Positions 6,300 to 16,617 of a stretch of DNA of 24,000 nucleotides are shown here, piece after piece; position 1 is the first letter of the stretch; each line of letters opens with the position of its first letter. The translations under genes and the position numbers were made by a program. The stretch is from Conexivisphaera sp. (lineage in GTDB: Archaea; Thermoproteota; Nitrososphaeria; Conexivisphaerales; Conexivisphaeraceae). The DNA lies in the NCBI GenBank assembly GCA_049976725.1, contig JBMFHR010000003.1, positions 45,778 to 69,777 on the forward strand, written 5' to 3'. The notes beneath the pieces were generated by a model that was not told the origin of the DNA, searched no databases, and worked only from the letters and a program-made list of their open reading frames with translations.

Positions 6300-6782
6300 T
6301 TGACCGAGCGGCGCCTGGTGACGTGGGAGGAGTTCGGCCGGCTCGCCGAGTCGCTCGCCGGCATCGTGGCCAGGAGAGGCGGGTACGACCTCGTTATCGG
6401 CATACTGAGGGGCGGGGGCCCCCTCGCGCTCGTGGTCGCGGACAGGCTGAGGGCGCACGTGGACTTCCTGAACGTGAAGTCATACGTCGGAATAGGCGAG
6501 AGGAGCGAGCCCAAGGTCATGTCCACGGTGACGGAGGACGTCGAGGGAAAGGACGTCCTGCTCGTGGACGACCTCGTGGACGAGGGGACCACCATGATGT
6601 TCTCGGTAAGGTTCCTGAGGGAGCACTATTCTCCCAGATCCATAACCACCTCCTCGCTCTTCGTCAAACCCTGGAGCAAGTTTATACCGGACTACCACCT
6701 TGGCGTGGTCAGGGAGTGGGTAGTGTTCCCATGGGAGCTGTGCGAGTTCGGGATGGAGGGATGCAAATCGGGGGAAGGGTGA
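6300..6782 (+). CDS. purine (hypoxanthine/xanthine-guanine type) phosphoribosyltransferase
   Basis: 160 aa. It shows VTWEEFGRLAESLA...YDLVIGILRGGGPLALVVADRL and the PRPP-binding loop VLLVDDLVDEGTTM. The start is TTG at 6300, with an alternative in-frame GTG at 6318. Confidence 0.8.
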   Translation: MTERRLVTWEEFGRLAESLAGIVARRGGYDLVIGILRGGGPLALVVADRLRAHVDFLNVKSYVGIGERSEPKVMSTVTEDVEGKDVLLVDDLVDEGTTMMFSVRFLREHYSPRSITTSSLFVKPWSKFIPDYHLGVVREWVVFPWELCEFGMEGCKSGEG

Positions 6783-7078
6783 CCTCGGCTGGCTTCGATC
6801 AGGACGACAGGCGTCTCCTGGAGTACCTCATGCTCAACTGGAGGACGAGCCTCCTGAACGTTTACCTGAACGGGGGCATCGATAAGCACGAGGAGCTCGA
6901 GCGCGCGATAAACCGCTGCTCGATTATAATGAACGTCCTGAGGGACGAGAGTCCCGAGGAGGCGCAGTCCGTCCTGGTCGAGCAGCTCTCGCGCCTGGCG
7001 TCCGAGCTGGACGAGATAGTCGAGGAGGAGGACGAGGAGGAGCGAGGCGCCCCGGTGCCCGGGTCGGGTTCCCAGTAA
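6779..7078 (+). CDS. hypothetical small helical protein with an acidic C-terminal tail
   Basis: The ORF is in the frame of track ORF 6323..7078. A plausible start is GTG at 6779, overlapping the upstream stop (GTGA), or ATG at 6761. The sequence is ...DDRRLLEYLMLNWRTSLLNVYLNGGIDKHEELERAINRCSIIMNVLRDESPEEAQ...DEIVEEEDEEERG.... Codon usage matches the neighbours. I recognise no family. Confidence 0.55.
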   Translation: MTSAGFDQDDRRLLEYLMLNWRTSLLNVYLNGGIDKHEELERAINRCSIIMNVLRDESPEEAQSVLVEQLSRLASELDEIVEEEDEEERGAPVPGSGSQ

Positions 7079-7123
7079 AAACATATAAAGAGCCGTCCCT
7101 GAGAGCCCTCCTTGCTGGTCGTG

Positions 7124-7131
7124 TATTATAG
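7124..7131 (+). promoter_or_regulatory. TATA box for the rpoH-led RNA polymerase operon
   Basis: TATTATAG lies 27 nt upstream of the rpoH TTG start at 7158. A second TATA-like element, ATATAAAG, is at 7083-7090. Confidence 0.5.
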
Positions 7132-7157
7132 GTGTTCATGCTCTGGAGGGGTTAGGG

Positions 7158-7415
7158 TTGACCGATCAGAAGGTTAAGGTACAGATCAGGCCATCTGAGC
7201 ACGTGCTGGTGCCCAAGCACGAGATAGCTGGGGAGGAGGAGAGGAAGCTCATACTCGAGAAGTACGGCATCAGGCCCGAGCAGCTTCCCTACATACTGGC
7301 TTCGGATCCCGCGGTGAAGGAGATAGGGGCGCAGCCCGGCGACATCGTGAAGATAACCAGGAGGAGCAGGACCGCCGGGACCGCCGTGTACTACCGCTAC
7401 GTGGTGGAGGGGTGA
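7158..7415 (+). CDS. rpoH: DNA-directed RNA polymerase subunit H (Rpo5)
   Basis: 85 aa with the conserved HVLVPKHEI....E...LL.KY.I...QLP.I...DP and GDIVKI.R.S.TAG...YYRYVV pattern. The start is TTG. Confidence 0.9.
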   Translation: MTDQKVKVQIRPSEHVLVPKHEIAGEEERKLILEKYGIRPEQLPYILASDPAVKEIGAQPGDIVKITRRSRTAGTAVYYRYVVEG

Positions 7416-10400
7416 GCTTGAGGAGCTCCTCCGCTGCCGAGGCGTTCGACGGGTGGCCCGTCATAGAGAACATACTGACCACCGAGGGCATCGCGAGGCA
7501 GCACCTCAACTCATACAACTACTTCGTGGACCACGGCCTGCAGGCCATAATAGATGAGATAGGCGGCTTCGACGTCGAAACCCAGACCGGCACCTACCAC
7601 GTGAAGTTCGGCAAGGTCGAGGTGGGGAGGCCCCAGGTGACCGAGATAGACGGCTCGGTCAGCTACGTGACGCCAATGGAGGCCAGGCTGAGGAACTTAA
7701 CGTATTCGGCTCCCATATACCTGGAGTTCATGGTGGAGGACCCCAAGGCGCCCGGCGGGTACGTGAAGCAGTCCTTCGTCATAGGGTACCTCCCCGTCAT
7801 GGTCCGCTCCAAGGTGTGCACCCTCAACGGGCTGTCGCGCGAGGAGCTCGTGGCGCTCGGCGAGGATCCGGAGGACCCGGGTGGGTACTTCATAATAAAC
7901 GGCTCGGAGCGCGTGATCGTCGGGCTGGAGGACCTCTCCCCCAACATGATATTCGTGACGAAGGAGAGGAGCGGGACCACGGAGTCCTACAAGGCAATAA
8001 TACACTCCTCAATAGTCGGGTTCCGGTCCAGGGTCGAGCTCGTTCTCAAGAACGACGGCAGCATCTACGCGAAGATACCGCTCTCCCCAGTCGAGATACC
8101 CTTCATAGTCCTGATGAAGTCTCTGGGCGTGGAGAATGACCGCGAGATAGCCGAGATGGTCTCCAAGAGGCCCGAGATACAGGAGCTCCTCGAGATATCG
8201 TTCGAGAAGGCGCTCGACGTGAGGACCCAGAAGGACGCGCTCGTGTACATCGGCAACAGGGTCGCCCACGGAATGAGCGAGAGCATGAGGGTGAAGAGGG
8301 CTGAGACCCTGCTCGACGTGCACCTGCTGCCGCACCTCGGGAGGAAGGAGGGCAGGTACGACAAGGCCCTCTACCTGGCGGAGGCCGCCAACAAGCTCCT
8401 GGAGCTCAAGATGGGGTGGATAGAGGAGGATGACCGCGATCACTACGGCAACAAGATCGTGAAGCTGGCCGGGGAACTGCTGGCCGACCTGTTCAGGTCC
8501 GCCTTCAGGAACCTGATCAAGGACATGAAGTACCAGCTGTCCAGGATAGGGCAGCGCAGGGGGATCGGCGCCGTGGGCGCGGTGATAAAGCTCGGGATCG
8601 TGACCGACAAGCTCAACAGCGCGCTGGCGACCGGGAACTGGGGAAAGGGGAGCGTCGGCATAACCCAGCTGCTCGACAGGACCAATTACCTCTCCACGCT
8701 GAGCCACCTGAGGCGCGTCCAGTCGCCGCTTTCCAGGAGCCAGCCCAACTTCGACGCGAGGGAGCTGCACCCGACCCAGTTCGGTAGGATGTGCCCGGTG
8801 GAGACGCCCGAGGGCTCCAACTGCGGCCTCGTGAAGAACCTGGCACTCTACGCTGTGATATCGGTCAACGTGCCCGAGCAGGAGGTCCTCGACTTCCTCT
8901 ACAGCTCGGGCGTCGTGCCCGTAGGTTCCTCAGAGGCGTCCGAGGAGGACCAAATGGCCAAGGTCATCGTGAACGGCCGCGTCGTCGGCTACGTGCGCGA
9001 GCCGGAGAAGTTCGTCAGCGTGCTCAGGAGGGCGAGGCGCAGGGGCGAGCTGAACCCCGAGGTCAGCGTCTACTATTACAGGCCGCTCGACCCCCGGGGG
9101 ACCATCCGCATATTCATCCACACCCACGCCGGCAGGGTGCTGCGCCCCCTGGTTGTGGTGGAGAACGGGAAGCCCAAACTCACCCGCGAGCACGTGGAGA
9201 AGCTCAGGCGCGGCGACCTGACCTGGCGCGACCTGATCAGGATGGGTGTGCTCGAGCTCCTCGACGCGAACGAGGAGGAGAACGCGTACATCGCGCTGAA
9301 GCCCGGGGACCTGACGCCCGAACACACGCACCTGGAGCTCTACCCGCCCGCCATGCTCGGCGTGGTGGCGTCCATCATACCGTACCCCGAGCACAACCAG
9401 TCCCCGAGGAACACGTACGAGACCGCGATGGGCAAGCAGGCGCTCGGCTTCCCGCACACGAACTACTTCCTGACGCTCTACTCCAGGCAGCACCTGCTCG
9501 TCTACCCGCAGAAGCCCCTCGTCAGGACCAAGATAATGGACCTCATAGGGCTGGACAGGCACCCGATCGGCCAGAACGCGGTCGTCGCGGTCCTCTCATT
9601 CGAGGGCTACAACATAGAGGACGCGATCGTGATGAACCGCGCCTCTATAGAGAGGGGCCTGGGCCGCTCCTTCTTCTACAGGACCTACGAGGCGGTCGCG
9701 CAGCAGTACCCGGGAGGGAGCAGGGACAAGTTCGAGTCGCCAAGGCCCGAGGACAACGTGAGGGGCTACAGGGGCGAGAAGTACTACAGGTTGCTCGAGG
9801 CCGACGGCGCCGTGATGGCCGAGGCCGAGGTCTCGGGCGGCGACGTCCTGATAGGCAAGACGAGCCCCCCGAGGTTCATCGAGGAGTACCGCGAGGCCGA
9901 GGCCAGGGGACTCTACAGGAGGGACTCCTCGGTGGCGCTGAGGCCCAGCGAGAGGGGCGTCGTCGACTCGGTGATACTAACGCAGACCGTCGAGGGCTAC
10001 CGCGCATTCAGGGTCAGGGTGAGGGACCAGAGGATCCCCGAGCTGGGCGACAAGTTCGCCTCGAGGCACGGCCAGAAGGGCGTGGTGGGCCTGATAGTTG
10101 ATCCCGAGGACATGCCGTACACGGAGGACGGCATTGTCCCGGACATAATAGTGAACCCGCACGCGTTCCCGTCCAGGATGACCGTGGGCCAGTTCCTGGA
10201 GTCCATAGCCGGCAAGGCCGCGGCGCTCAGGGGCAGGCCGGTCGACGCCAGCGCCTTCTCGGGCGAGCCGATGGACGAGGTCAGGAGGGCGCTCATAGAG
10301 CACGGCTTCAAGCCGACGGGCAAGGAGGTCATGTACGACGGCAGGACCGGCAGGAGGTTCGAGGCCGAGATATTCATAGGCGTGGTCTACTACCAGAAGC

Positions 10401-10783
10401 TGCACCACATGGTAGCGGACAAGATACACGCGCGCGCCCGCGGCCAGGTGCAGATGCTCACCAAGCAGCCGACCGAGGGCCGCGCCCGCGGCGGCGGCCT
10501 CAGGTTCGGCGAGATGGAGAGGGACTGCCTCATAGCTTACGGCGCGTCGATGCTGCTCAGGGACCGCCTCCTGGAGGAGTCGGACAAGACCGAGATCTAC
10601 GTGTGCGAGCGCTGCGGATACATAGCGTACTACGACAGGAGGCAGCAGAAGCTCGTCTGCAGGGTCTGCGGCGACAACGCCAAGATCTCCAAGGTCACGG
10701 TGGCGTACGCCTTCAAGCTCCTCCTGCAGGAGATAATGAGCCTGGGGATAGCCCCCAGGCTGCAGGTGGGAGGTAAGGCGTGA
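7412..10783 (+). CDS. rpoB: DNA-directed RNA polymerase subunit B (Rpo2), unsplit
   Basis: 1123 aa, with SYNYF near the N-terminus, [43 protein letters not shown] and the C-terminal zinc ribbon CERCG...CRVCG. The GTG start at 7412 overlaps the rpoH stop (GTGA). Confidence 0.97.
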   Translation: MSLRSSSAAEAFDGWPVIENILTTEGIARQHLNSYNYFVDHGLQAIIDEIGGFDVETQTGTYHVKFGKVEVGRPQVTEIDGSVSYVTPMEARLRNLTYSAPIYLEFMVEDPKAPGGYVKQSFVIGYLPVMVRSKVCTLNGLSREELVALGEDPEDPGGYFIINGSERVIVGLEDLSPNMIFVTKERSGTTESYKAIIHSSIVGFRSRVELVLKNDGSIYAKIPLSPVEIPFIVLMKSLGVENDREIAEMVSKRPEIQELLEISFEKALDVRTQKDALVYIGNRVAHGMSESMRVKRAETLLDVHLLPHLGRKEGRYDKALYLAEAANKLLELKMGWIEEDDRDHYGNKIVKLAGELLADLFRSAFRNLIKDMKYQLSRIGQRRGIGAVGAVIKLGIVTDKLNSALATGNWGKGSVGITQLLDRTNYLSTLSHLRRVQSPLSRSQPNFDARELHPTQFGRMCPVETPEGSNCGLVKNLALYAVISVNVPEQEVLDFLYSSGVVPVGSSEASEEDQMAKVIVNGRVVGYVREPEKFVSVLRRARRRGELNPEVSVYYYRPLDPRGTIRIFIHTHAGRVLRPLVVVENGKPKLTREHVEKLRRGDLTWRDLIRMGVLELLDANEEENAYIALKPGDLTPEHTHLELYPPAMLGVVASIIPYPEHNQSPRNTYETAMGKQALGFPHTNYFLTLYSRQHLLVYPQKPLVRTKIMDLIGLDRHPIGQNAVVAVLSFEGYNIEDAIVMNRASIERGLGRSFFYRTYEAVAQQYPGGSRDKFESPRPEDNVRGYRGEKYYRLLEADGAVMAEAEVSGGDVLIGKTSPPRFIEEYREAEARGLYRRDSSVALRPSERGVVDSVILTQTVEGYRAFRVRVRDQRIPELGDKFASRHGQKGVVGLIVDPEDMPYTEDGIVPDIIVNPHAFPSRMTVGQFLESIAGKAAALRGRPVDASAFSGEPMDEVRRALIEHGFKPTGKEVMYDGRTGRRFEAEIFIGVVYYQKLHHMVADKIHARARGQVQMLTKQPTEGRARGGGLRFGEMERDCLIAYGASMLLRDRLLEESDKTEIYVCERCGYIAYYDRRQQKLVCRVCGDNAKISKVTVAYAFKLLLQEIMSLGIAPRLQVGGKA

Positions 10784-13700
10784 TGCTGTCCGTAACCTTT
10801 GAGGCGCCGAAGGTCGTGAAGGCGATCAAGTTCGGGGTGTTCCCGCCGGCGGAGATCAGGAAGTACTCCGTGGTCGAGATCACGATTCCCGAGACGTACG
10901 ACGAGGACGGCCTCCCGATCCCGGGCGGCCTCATGGACAACAGGCTGGGCGTCCTCGAGCCCGGCCAGATATGCGGGACCTGCGGCAACCCGGCCCCCGA
11001 GTGTCCGGGCCACTTCGGCCACATAGAGCTGGCTGAGCCCGTTATACACGCGTCGTTCGCGGATGACATAAAGGTCCTGCTCACCGTCACCTGCAGGTCC
11101 TGCGGCCGCCTCCTGATCCCCGAGGCGGAGATAGAGGCCTACAAGAGGGAGCTGAGCGAGGCCGCGCCCTACAGGCCGGACCTTCGGGAGAGGATAGCCA
11201 AGGAGATATACGCGAAGGCCAGGAAGGCCAAGATCTGCCCGCACTGCGGCGCGAAGAAGCTCGAGATAGAGTTCACGCGCCCGCACATATTCCACGAGAT
11301 CATGGAGGACGGGAGCGCCGTCAGGCTGACGCCGGCCGTCGTGAGGGAGCGCCTCGAGAAGATAACCGACGACGATTATCGCCTGCTGGGCTACGATCCG
11401 AACTCGGCCAAGCCGGAGTGGTTCGTGCTCCAGGTGCTGCCTGTCCCGCCCGTCGCGATGAGGCCCTCGATAACGCTCGAGAGCGGTGTTCGCTCCGAGG
11501 ACGACCTGACCCACAAGCTGGTCGACGTGGTCAGGACGAACGCGCGCGTCAAGGAGGCGAAGGAGTCCGGGTCACCGCCGCTCATAATGCAGGACCTGAT
11601 GGACCTGCTGCAGTACCACGTGACCACGTACTTCGACAACGAGTCGTCCAGCATACCCCCGGCCCACCACAGGTCCGGGCGCCCGCTCAAGACGCTGGCG
11701 CAGAGGCTGAAGGGCAAGGAGGGGCGCTTCAGGGGGAGCCTCTCGGGCAAGCGCGTCGACTTCTCCGCCAGGACCGTGATATCGCCGGACCCCAGCATAG
11801 ACATCTCCGAGGTGGGCGTGCCGCTCGAAGTCGCCAAGAAGCTGACGGTCCCGGAGCGCGTCACGCCATGGAACATAGAGTTCCTGAGGCAGCTGGTCCG
11901 GAACGGCCCCTCCAAGTACCCGGGCGCCAACTACATAATAAGGCCGGACGGCGTCAAGATAAGGTTGGAGTTCGTCCCCGACAGGGAGGCGTACGCGAAC
12001 TCCCTGGACGTCGGGTACATCGTGGAGCGCCACCTACTGGATGGCGACGTCGTCCTGTTCAACAGGCAGCCCTCGCTGCACCGCATGTCCATAATGGCGC
12101 ACTACGTCCGCGTGCTGCCCTACCGCACGTTCAGGCTGCACCCCGCCGTCTGCCCGCCGTACAATGCCGACTTCGACGGGGACGAGATGAACCTCCACGT
12201 GCCGCAGGGCGAGGAGGCGCGCTCCGAGGCCCGCGAGCTGATGAGCGTGCAGGGCCAGATAATATCCCCGAGGTACGGCGGCCCCATCATAGGCGCTATA
12301 AGGGACTACCTGTCCTCGGGCTACCTGCTCACGAAGGACGACACGCTGCTCGACGCCCGGACGTTCGCCTACCTGGCCTACGAGGGAGGGTACACTGGGC
12401 CACTGCCCGAGCCCGCGGTCAAGGACCCGAGGCCGATGTACACGGGCAGGCAGCTCTTCTCGCTCTTCCTGCCACGCGGCTTCAACTACGTGCTGACCTC
12501 CAGGTGGGCCAAGACGATGAGGAAGAGGCGCGACGTCGTGATAAGGGACGGCCAGCTCGTCTCGGGGATCGTGGACAAGGCGTCGATAGGCGCGGAGGAG
12601 CCGGACAGCCTGCTCCACAGGATAGTGAAGGACTACGGCAACGAGGAGGCCAGGAGGTTCCTCAACTCCACCCTCAGGATCCTGAGGGAGTACATAACCG
12701 GCAGGGGCTTCAGCTACGGGTACGACGACCTAGAGGTGCCCGACGAGGTGAAGGCGCAGATAAAGTCGGTGGTCGACGAGGCGTACAGCAAGATAGAGAA
12801 GTACGTCGACGACTATGTGAACGGCCGCATGACGCCCGTCAAGGGGCTCAGGCTGGAGGACGTCCTCGAGCAGAAGATAATGGACGCGCTGGGCGAGGCG
12901 CGCGACCGGGCCGGCGAGCTGCTGGAGCGCGTGCTGCCCGACGACAACCCGGGAGTCATAATGAGCCGCAGCGGCGCCCGCGGCAGCTCCCTCAACCTAG
13001 GCCAGATGATGGCGCTCCTGGGCCAGCAGGCCGTCAGGGGCAAGAGGATCAAGAGGGGCTACAGGCACAGGCCCCTCCCGCACTTCAGGGAGGGCGAGCC
13101 GAGCCCCGACGCCTACGGGTTCGTCAAGTCGAACTTCAGGGACGGCCTCACTCCCATAGAGTTCTTCTACCACTCGATGGCGGGGAGGGAAGGGCTGGTC
13201 GACACGGCCGTCAGGACGCAGCAGAGCGGCTACATGCAGCGTAGGCTCGTCAACGCGATGGAGCACCTGAGGGTCGAGTACGACTACACGGTCAGGGACC
13301 CGGAGGGCAACATAATACAGTTCATCTACGGGGAGGACGGCGTCGATCCGGCCAAGAGCGACCACGGGGAAGCGGTGAATATAGATCGCCTGGCCGACGT
13401 CATCCTGCTCAAGGACGATCCCAGCGAGCCGAGGGCGACGCTCGAGGAGAAGATGCGCATCCTCAGCAAGTACGAGGGCGAGCTGAACGAACGCCTCCGC
13501 GAGAAGCTGAGGTCCGTGCTGAAGTCCAGGGAGATGAGCGCCAGGTCGGCCGAGGAGCTATGCTCCCTCACGATACAGAAGTTCAGGTCGGCCATGATCG
13601 AGCCCGGCGAGGCCGTCGGCATCGTCTCCGCGCAGTCCATAGGCGAGCCGGGCACGCAGATGACCCTCAGGACCTTCCACTTCGCCGGCGTCAAGGAGAA

Positions 13701-14601
13701 GGACGTCACGCTCGGCCTTCCGAGGCTGATAGAGCTGGTGGACGCGAGAAAGCAGCCGAGCACCCCCGTTATGGAGATCTACCTCGATGAGGAGCACAGG
13801 AGGGACCGCGAAAGGGCGCTGGAGGTCGCGCGCGAGATACTCTTCACCAGGGTCGAGGACCTCGCGTCGAGCGTGGAGATAGATTACTCCACCGGCTCGG
13901 TCATAGTGGCGCTCGACAGGGATCTCCTCAACGACAGGGGATGCACCGTGGAGGAGGTCGCCAAGGCCCTCAGCGTGGGCAAGCGCAAGGTGGACTACGA
14001 CGCCGATTCCGCCGTGGTCTCGGTCTCGCTCGAGAGCTTCGACATAGCGTCCCTGTACAGCCTCAGGGACAAGGTGCTGAGGACGCGCGTCAAGGGAATA
14101 GCTGGGATAACCCGCGTCAGCCTGGAGGAGAGGGACGGCGAGTGGGTGATAGTCACATCCGGCTCGGACCTGCGGAAGGTCCTGCAGATACCCGGAGTGG
14201 ACCCGACTAGGACGAGGACCAACAGCATACACGAGATCGCCATGGTGCTGGGCATAGAGGCCGCCAGGCAGGCCCTCATAGAGGAGATGCTGAGCACGCT
14301 CGAGGAGCAGGGACTGGAGGTCGACGTGAGGCACATAATGCTGGTGGCCGACCTGATGACGCACAAGGGCGTGGTGCAGCAGGTCGGGAGGCACGGCGTG
14401 GCCGGCACGAAGACGAGCGTGCTGGCCAGGGCCGCCTTCGAGATAACGGTGCCCACGCTGGCGGAGGCCGCCGCCAAGGGCGAGACAGACGAGCTCAGGG
14501 GCGTGACCGAGAACGTCATAGTGGGCGGGATAGTGCCCGTGGGCACGGGAATGGTGGATCTGTACATGAGCGCGCCGGAGGAGGTGAGCGAGCCGCAATG
14601 A
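10780..14601 (+). CDS. rpoA: DNA-directed RNA polymerase subunit A (Rpo1), A' and A'' parts fused in one ORF
   Basis: 1273 aa. The A' part has zinc motifs CGTCGN..CPGHFGH and CRSCG..CPHCG and the catalytic NADFDGDEMN. The A'' part has GEAVGIVSAQSIGEPGTQMTLRTFHFAGV. There is no stop between the two parts. The start is GTG at 10780 or ATG at 10783, overlapping the rpoB stop. Confidence 0.95.
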   Translation: MMLSVTFEAPKVVKAIKFGVFPPAEIRKYSVVEITIPETYDEDGLPIPGGLMDNRLGVLEPGQICGTCGNPAPECPGHFGHIELAEPVIHASFADDIKVLLTVTCRSCGRLLIPEAEIEAYKRELSEAAPYRPDLRERIAKEIYAKARKAKICPHCGAKKLEIEFTRPHIFHEIMEDGSAVRLTPAVVRERLEKITDDDYRLLGYDPNSAKPEWFVLQVLPVPPVAMRPSITLESGVRSEDDLTHKLVDVVRTNARVKEAKESGSPPLIMQDLMDLLQYHVTTYFDNESSSIPPAHHRSGRPLKTLAQRLKGKEGRFRGSLSGKRVDFSARTVISPDPSIDISEVGVPLEVAKKLTVPERVTPWNIEFLRQLVRNGPSKYPGANYIIRPDGVKIRLEFVPDREAYANSLDVGYIVERHLLDGDVVLFNRQPSLHRMSIMAHYVRVLPYRTFRLHPAVCPPYNADFDGDEMNLHVPQGEEARSEARELMSVQGQIISPRYGGPIIGAIRDYLSSGYLLTKDDTLLDARTFAYLAYEGGYTGPLPEPAVKDPRPMYTGRQLFSLFLPRGFNYVLTSRWAKTMRKRRDVVIRDGQLVSGIVDKASIGAEEPDSLLHRIVKDYGNEEARRFLNSTLRILREYITGRGFSYGYDDLEVPDEVKAQIKSVVDEAYSKIEKYVDDYVNGRMTPVKGLRLEDVLEQKIMDALGEARDRAGELLERVLPDDNPGVIMSRSGARGSSLNLGQMMALLGQQAVRGKRIKRGYRHRPLPHFREGEPSPDAYGFVKSNFRDGLTPIEFFYHSMAGREGLVDTAVRTQQSGYMQRRLVNAMEHLRVEYDYTVRDPEGNIIQFIYGEDGVDPAKSDHGEAVNIDRLADVILLKDDPSEPRATLEEKMRILSKYEGELNERLREKLRSVLKSREMSARSAEELCSLTIQKFRSAMIEPGEAVGIVSAQSIGEPGTQMTLRTFHFAGVKEKDVTLGLPRLIELVDARKQPSTPVMEIYLDEEHRRDRERALEVAREILFTRVEDLASSVEIDYSTGSVIVALDRDLLNDRGCTVEEVAKALSVGKRKVDYDADSAVVSVSLESFDIASLYSLRDKVLRTRVKGIAGITRVSLEERDGEWVIVTSGSDLRKVLQIPGVDPTRTRTNSIHEIAMVLGIEAARQALIEEMLSTLEEQGLEVDVRHIMLVADLMTHKGVVQQVGRHGVAGTKTSVLARAAFEITVPTLAEAAAKGETDELRGVTENVIVGGIVPVGTGMVDLYMSAPEEVSEPQ

Positions 14602-14966
14602 AGGAGTACGTGAGGAGCCTCTCGGACTTCATGCAGGTCGTCAGGAGGACGGGCGGCGTCGAGTACGGGCTGCGCGGCACCCTGAAGCACGTCGGATCCG
14701 CCAGGCTCGTCGTGGCCTCCAACGGGCTCGCGCCCGAGGAGGTCGCGAGGCTCGAGGACTCGATCAAGGACTCGAGGGGGATCCTCGTGCACTTCAGGGA
14801 CATCACGCCGGCCGAGCTGGGGAGGGCCGTGGGGAGGCAGCACCCGGTCAAGGCCCTGGCCGTGATCGCGCTGGGGGACGCGGACCTCGACAGGTTCCTG
14901 GACTCGATCAAGGGGCTCGAGGAGTCGGGCGCGCTGAGGATGGTCCGCGCGTCCAGGAGGAGATGA
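14598..14966 (+). CDS. rpl30e: 50S ribosomal protein L30e
   Basis: 122 aa. The RRTGGVEYGLRGTLKHVGSARLVVASNGLAPEE...ITPAELGRAVGRQHPVKALAVIALGDADL pattern and the conserved position after rpoA support the call. There is an ATGA overlap with the rpoA stop. Confidence 0.85.
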   Translation: MKEYVRSLSDFMQVVRRTGGVEYGLRGTLKHVGSARLVVASNGLAPEEVARLEDSIKDSRGILVHFRDITPAELGRAVGRQHPVKALAVIALGDADLDRFLDSIKGLEESGALRMVRASRRR

Positions 14967-15406
14967 GCATGCCCAAGGACGAGATAATACTCACCGAGAA
15001 CGAGCTTAGGCTGATGTCCCTGTTCTCGACGCTCACCGGGATCTCGCCCAGGGACTGCGTGATAGACGACAAGTTCGACAGGCTGATATTCGTGGTCGAC
15101 GAGGGCACCGACATCCCGAGGGACAAGATAGCCAGGGAGGCCATGGATTACCTGAGGAAGAAGGTCAACAGGGAAGTGGAGATAGTCGAGTACTCGGACG
15201 ACCCCGTGAAGCTGATAAAGAACGCGCTGGGCGGCCGCGGCATACTGGACGTCAGGATAATACCGCGCGGCAATGCCAAGGTCGCCATCGTCGTGGCTGA
15301 TCCGAAGGAGAAGGGCCGCGTGGTCGGGAGGCAGGGCAGGAACGCAGAGAGGGCCAGGCTGCTGGCCAAGAGGTACCACGGGATAGACCGCATACAGGTC
15401 TCGTGA
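14963..15406 (+). CDS. nusA: archaeal NusA-like transcription termination/antitermination factor (two KH domains)
   Basis: 147 aa. The KH-type GxxG element VVGRQGRNAERARLLAKRY and the conserved position between rpl30e and rps12 support the call. There is an ATGA overlap with the rpl30e stop. Confidence 0.85.
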   Translation: MSMPKDEIILTENELRLMSLFSTLTGISPRDCVIDDKFDRLIFVVDEGTDIPRDKIAREAMDYLRKKVNREVEIVEYSDDPVKLIKNALGGRGILDVRIIPRGNAKVAIVVADPKEKGRVVGRQGRNAERARLLAKRYHGIDRIQVS

Positions 15407-15426
15407 TCCGGGCACGGTGGAAAACG

Positions 15427-15435
15427 CTTTTATCT
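15427..15435 (+). promoter_or_regulatory. TATA-like box for rps12-rps7
   Basis: CTTTTATCT lies 23 nt upstream of the ATG at 15458, in the only real intergenic gap of the cluster (15407-15451). Confidence 0.45.
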
Positions 15436-15457
15436 GGGGCCAGGGGTCGGCGTGGTC

Positions 15458-15898
15458 ATGGGTAGCAAGTCGCCGATGGGCGAGTTCGCGGCCCGGAAGC
15501 TGTACGCCAGGAGGAAGCACTTCAGGTGGTCCGACAGCAACTACAAGCGCCGCGTCCTGAGGCTCGATGAGAAGTTCGATCCGCTGGAGGGAGCCCCGCA
15601 GGCCCGCGGGATAGTGCTGGAGAAGGTCGGCATCGAGTCCAGGCAGCCGAACTCAGCGATACGCAAGTGCGTGCGCGTGCAGATAGTCAAGAACGGGAAG
15701 ACCGTGACCGCGTTCGTCCCCGGCGACGGAGGACTCAATTTCATCGACGAGCACGACGAGGTGATAATAGAGGGAATAGGGGGCTCGGAGGGCCGCTCCA
15801 TGGGCGACATACCCGGGGTCAAGTACAAGGTGTCGATGGTCAACGGTGTGTCGCTCAAGATGCTCCTCCTCGGGAGGAAGGAGAAGCCCAGGAGGTGA
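15458..15898 (+). CDS. rps12: 30S ribosomal protein S12 (uS12)
   Basis: Motifs are [20 protein letters not shown] and [11 protein letters not shown] prefer the ATG at 15458 over the track's GTG at 15452, on TATA spacing and the usual N-terminus. Confidence 0.93.
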   Translation: MGSKSPMGEFAARKLYARRKHFRWSDSNYKRRVLRLDEKFDPLEGAPQARGIVLEKVGIESRQPNSAIRKCVRVQIVKNGKTVTAFVPGDGGLNFIDEHDEVIIEGIGGSEGRSMGDIPGVKYKVSMVNGVSLKMLLLGRKEKPRR

Positions 15899-15902
15899 CT
15901 CC

Positions 15903-16514
15903 ATGTCGAAGAAGGCCAAGGAGGAGCCGAGGATCCTGCTCTTCGGCAAGTGGAGCTTCGACGACGTGGAGGTAAAGGATCCCGGGCTCAAGAAGGTCAT
16001 AAGCCTGAAGCCGGTGTACGTGCCCCACACCTTCGGCAGGCACGAGCATCGCCGCTTCGGCAAGGTTGAGGTGAACATAGTGGAGAGGCTGGTGAACCAG
16101 CTCATGCACTTCGGCAAGAAGGACTGGAAGAACACCGGCAGGATGGGCGGGAAGAAGCACCGGGCGATGAACATAGTGAGGACGGCCTTCGACATAATTC
16201 ACCTGAAGACCGGCAGGAACCCCATAGAGGTGCTCGTCAGGGCCGTGGAGAACGCGTCGCCGAACGAGGACGTGACAAGGATAACTTACGGAGGCGTCAC
16301 GTACCACGTGAGCGTCGACGTGTCGCCCTCCAGGCGCGTGGACCTGGCCCTGCGCAACATAGCGCTGGGGGCGAGGGAGGCCGCGTTCTCCAACCCGAAG
16401 AGCATAGAGGAGTGCCTCGCCGACGAGATAATCGCGGCCGCCAACGGCGACACCAGCAGCTTCGCCGTGAAGGCAAGGATAGAGGTCGAGCGCGTCGCGG
16501 CGGCCTCCAGGTGA
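15903..16514 (+). CDS. rps7: 30S ribosomal protein S7 (uS7)
   Basis: The real start is the ATG at 15903 ([24 protein letters not shown]...). Motifs are [42 protein letters not shown] and ERVAAASR. The track's extension from 15846 overlaps the rps12 3' end. Confidence 0.93.
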   Translation: MSKKAKEEPRILLFGKWSFDDVEVKDPGLKKVISLKPVYVPHTFGRHEHRRFGKVEVNIVERLVNQLMHFGKKDWKNTGRMGGKKHRAMNIVRTAFDIIHLKTGRNPIEVLVRAVENASPNEDVTRITYGGVTYHVSVDVSPSRRVDLALRNIALGAREAAFSNPKSIEECLADEIIAAANGDTSSFAVKARIEVERVAAASR

Positions 16515-16580
16515 GCTCCGGGATCGGAAGAAGCCGCTCGCTGGCCGGGTCCGCGCGGCGTATTTCCCGCGTCGCAATCC

Positions 16581-16588
16581 TTAAATAG
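16581..16588 (+). promoter_or_regulatory. TATA box for tuf
   Basis: TTAAATAG lies 30 nt upstream of the ATG at 16618. The track's GTG at 16597 is only 9 nt from the box, so it is unlikely to be the start. Confidence 0.5.
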
Positions 16589-16617
16589 ACAGCTGCGTGC
16601 GAAAGGCGCGGAGAGCT

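Noticed and set aside
6167-6595. 142-aa minus-strand ORF overlapping tRNA-Arg and lying antisense to the PRTase gene.
   Set aside because: It overlaps a well-folded tRNA and a motif-bearing PRTase, and its Ser/Thr/Pro-rich translation has no features.
1295-14601. Checked rtcB, rfcL, rpoB and rpoA for inteins or other large insertions, since these are common intein hosts in archaea.
   Set aside because: All four have canonical lengths (484, 423, 1123 and 1273 aa, the last equal to A' + A''). Conserved motifs follow at normal spacing, and no Cys/Ser...HN-Cys/Ser/Thr splice-junction blocks were seen.
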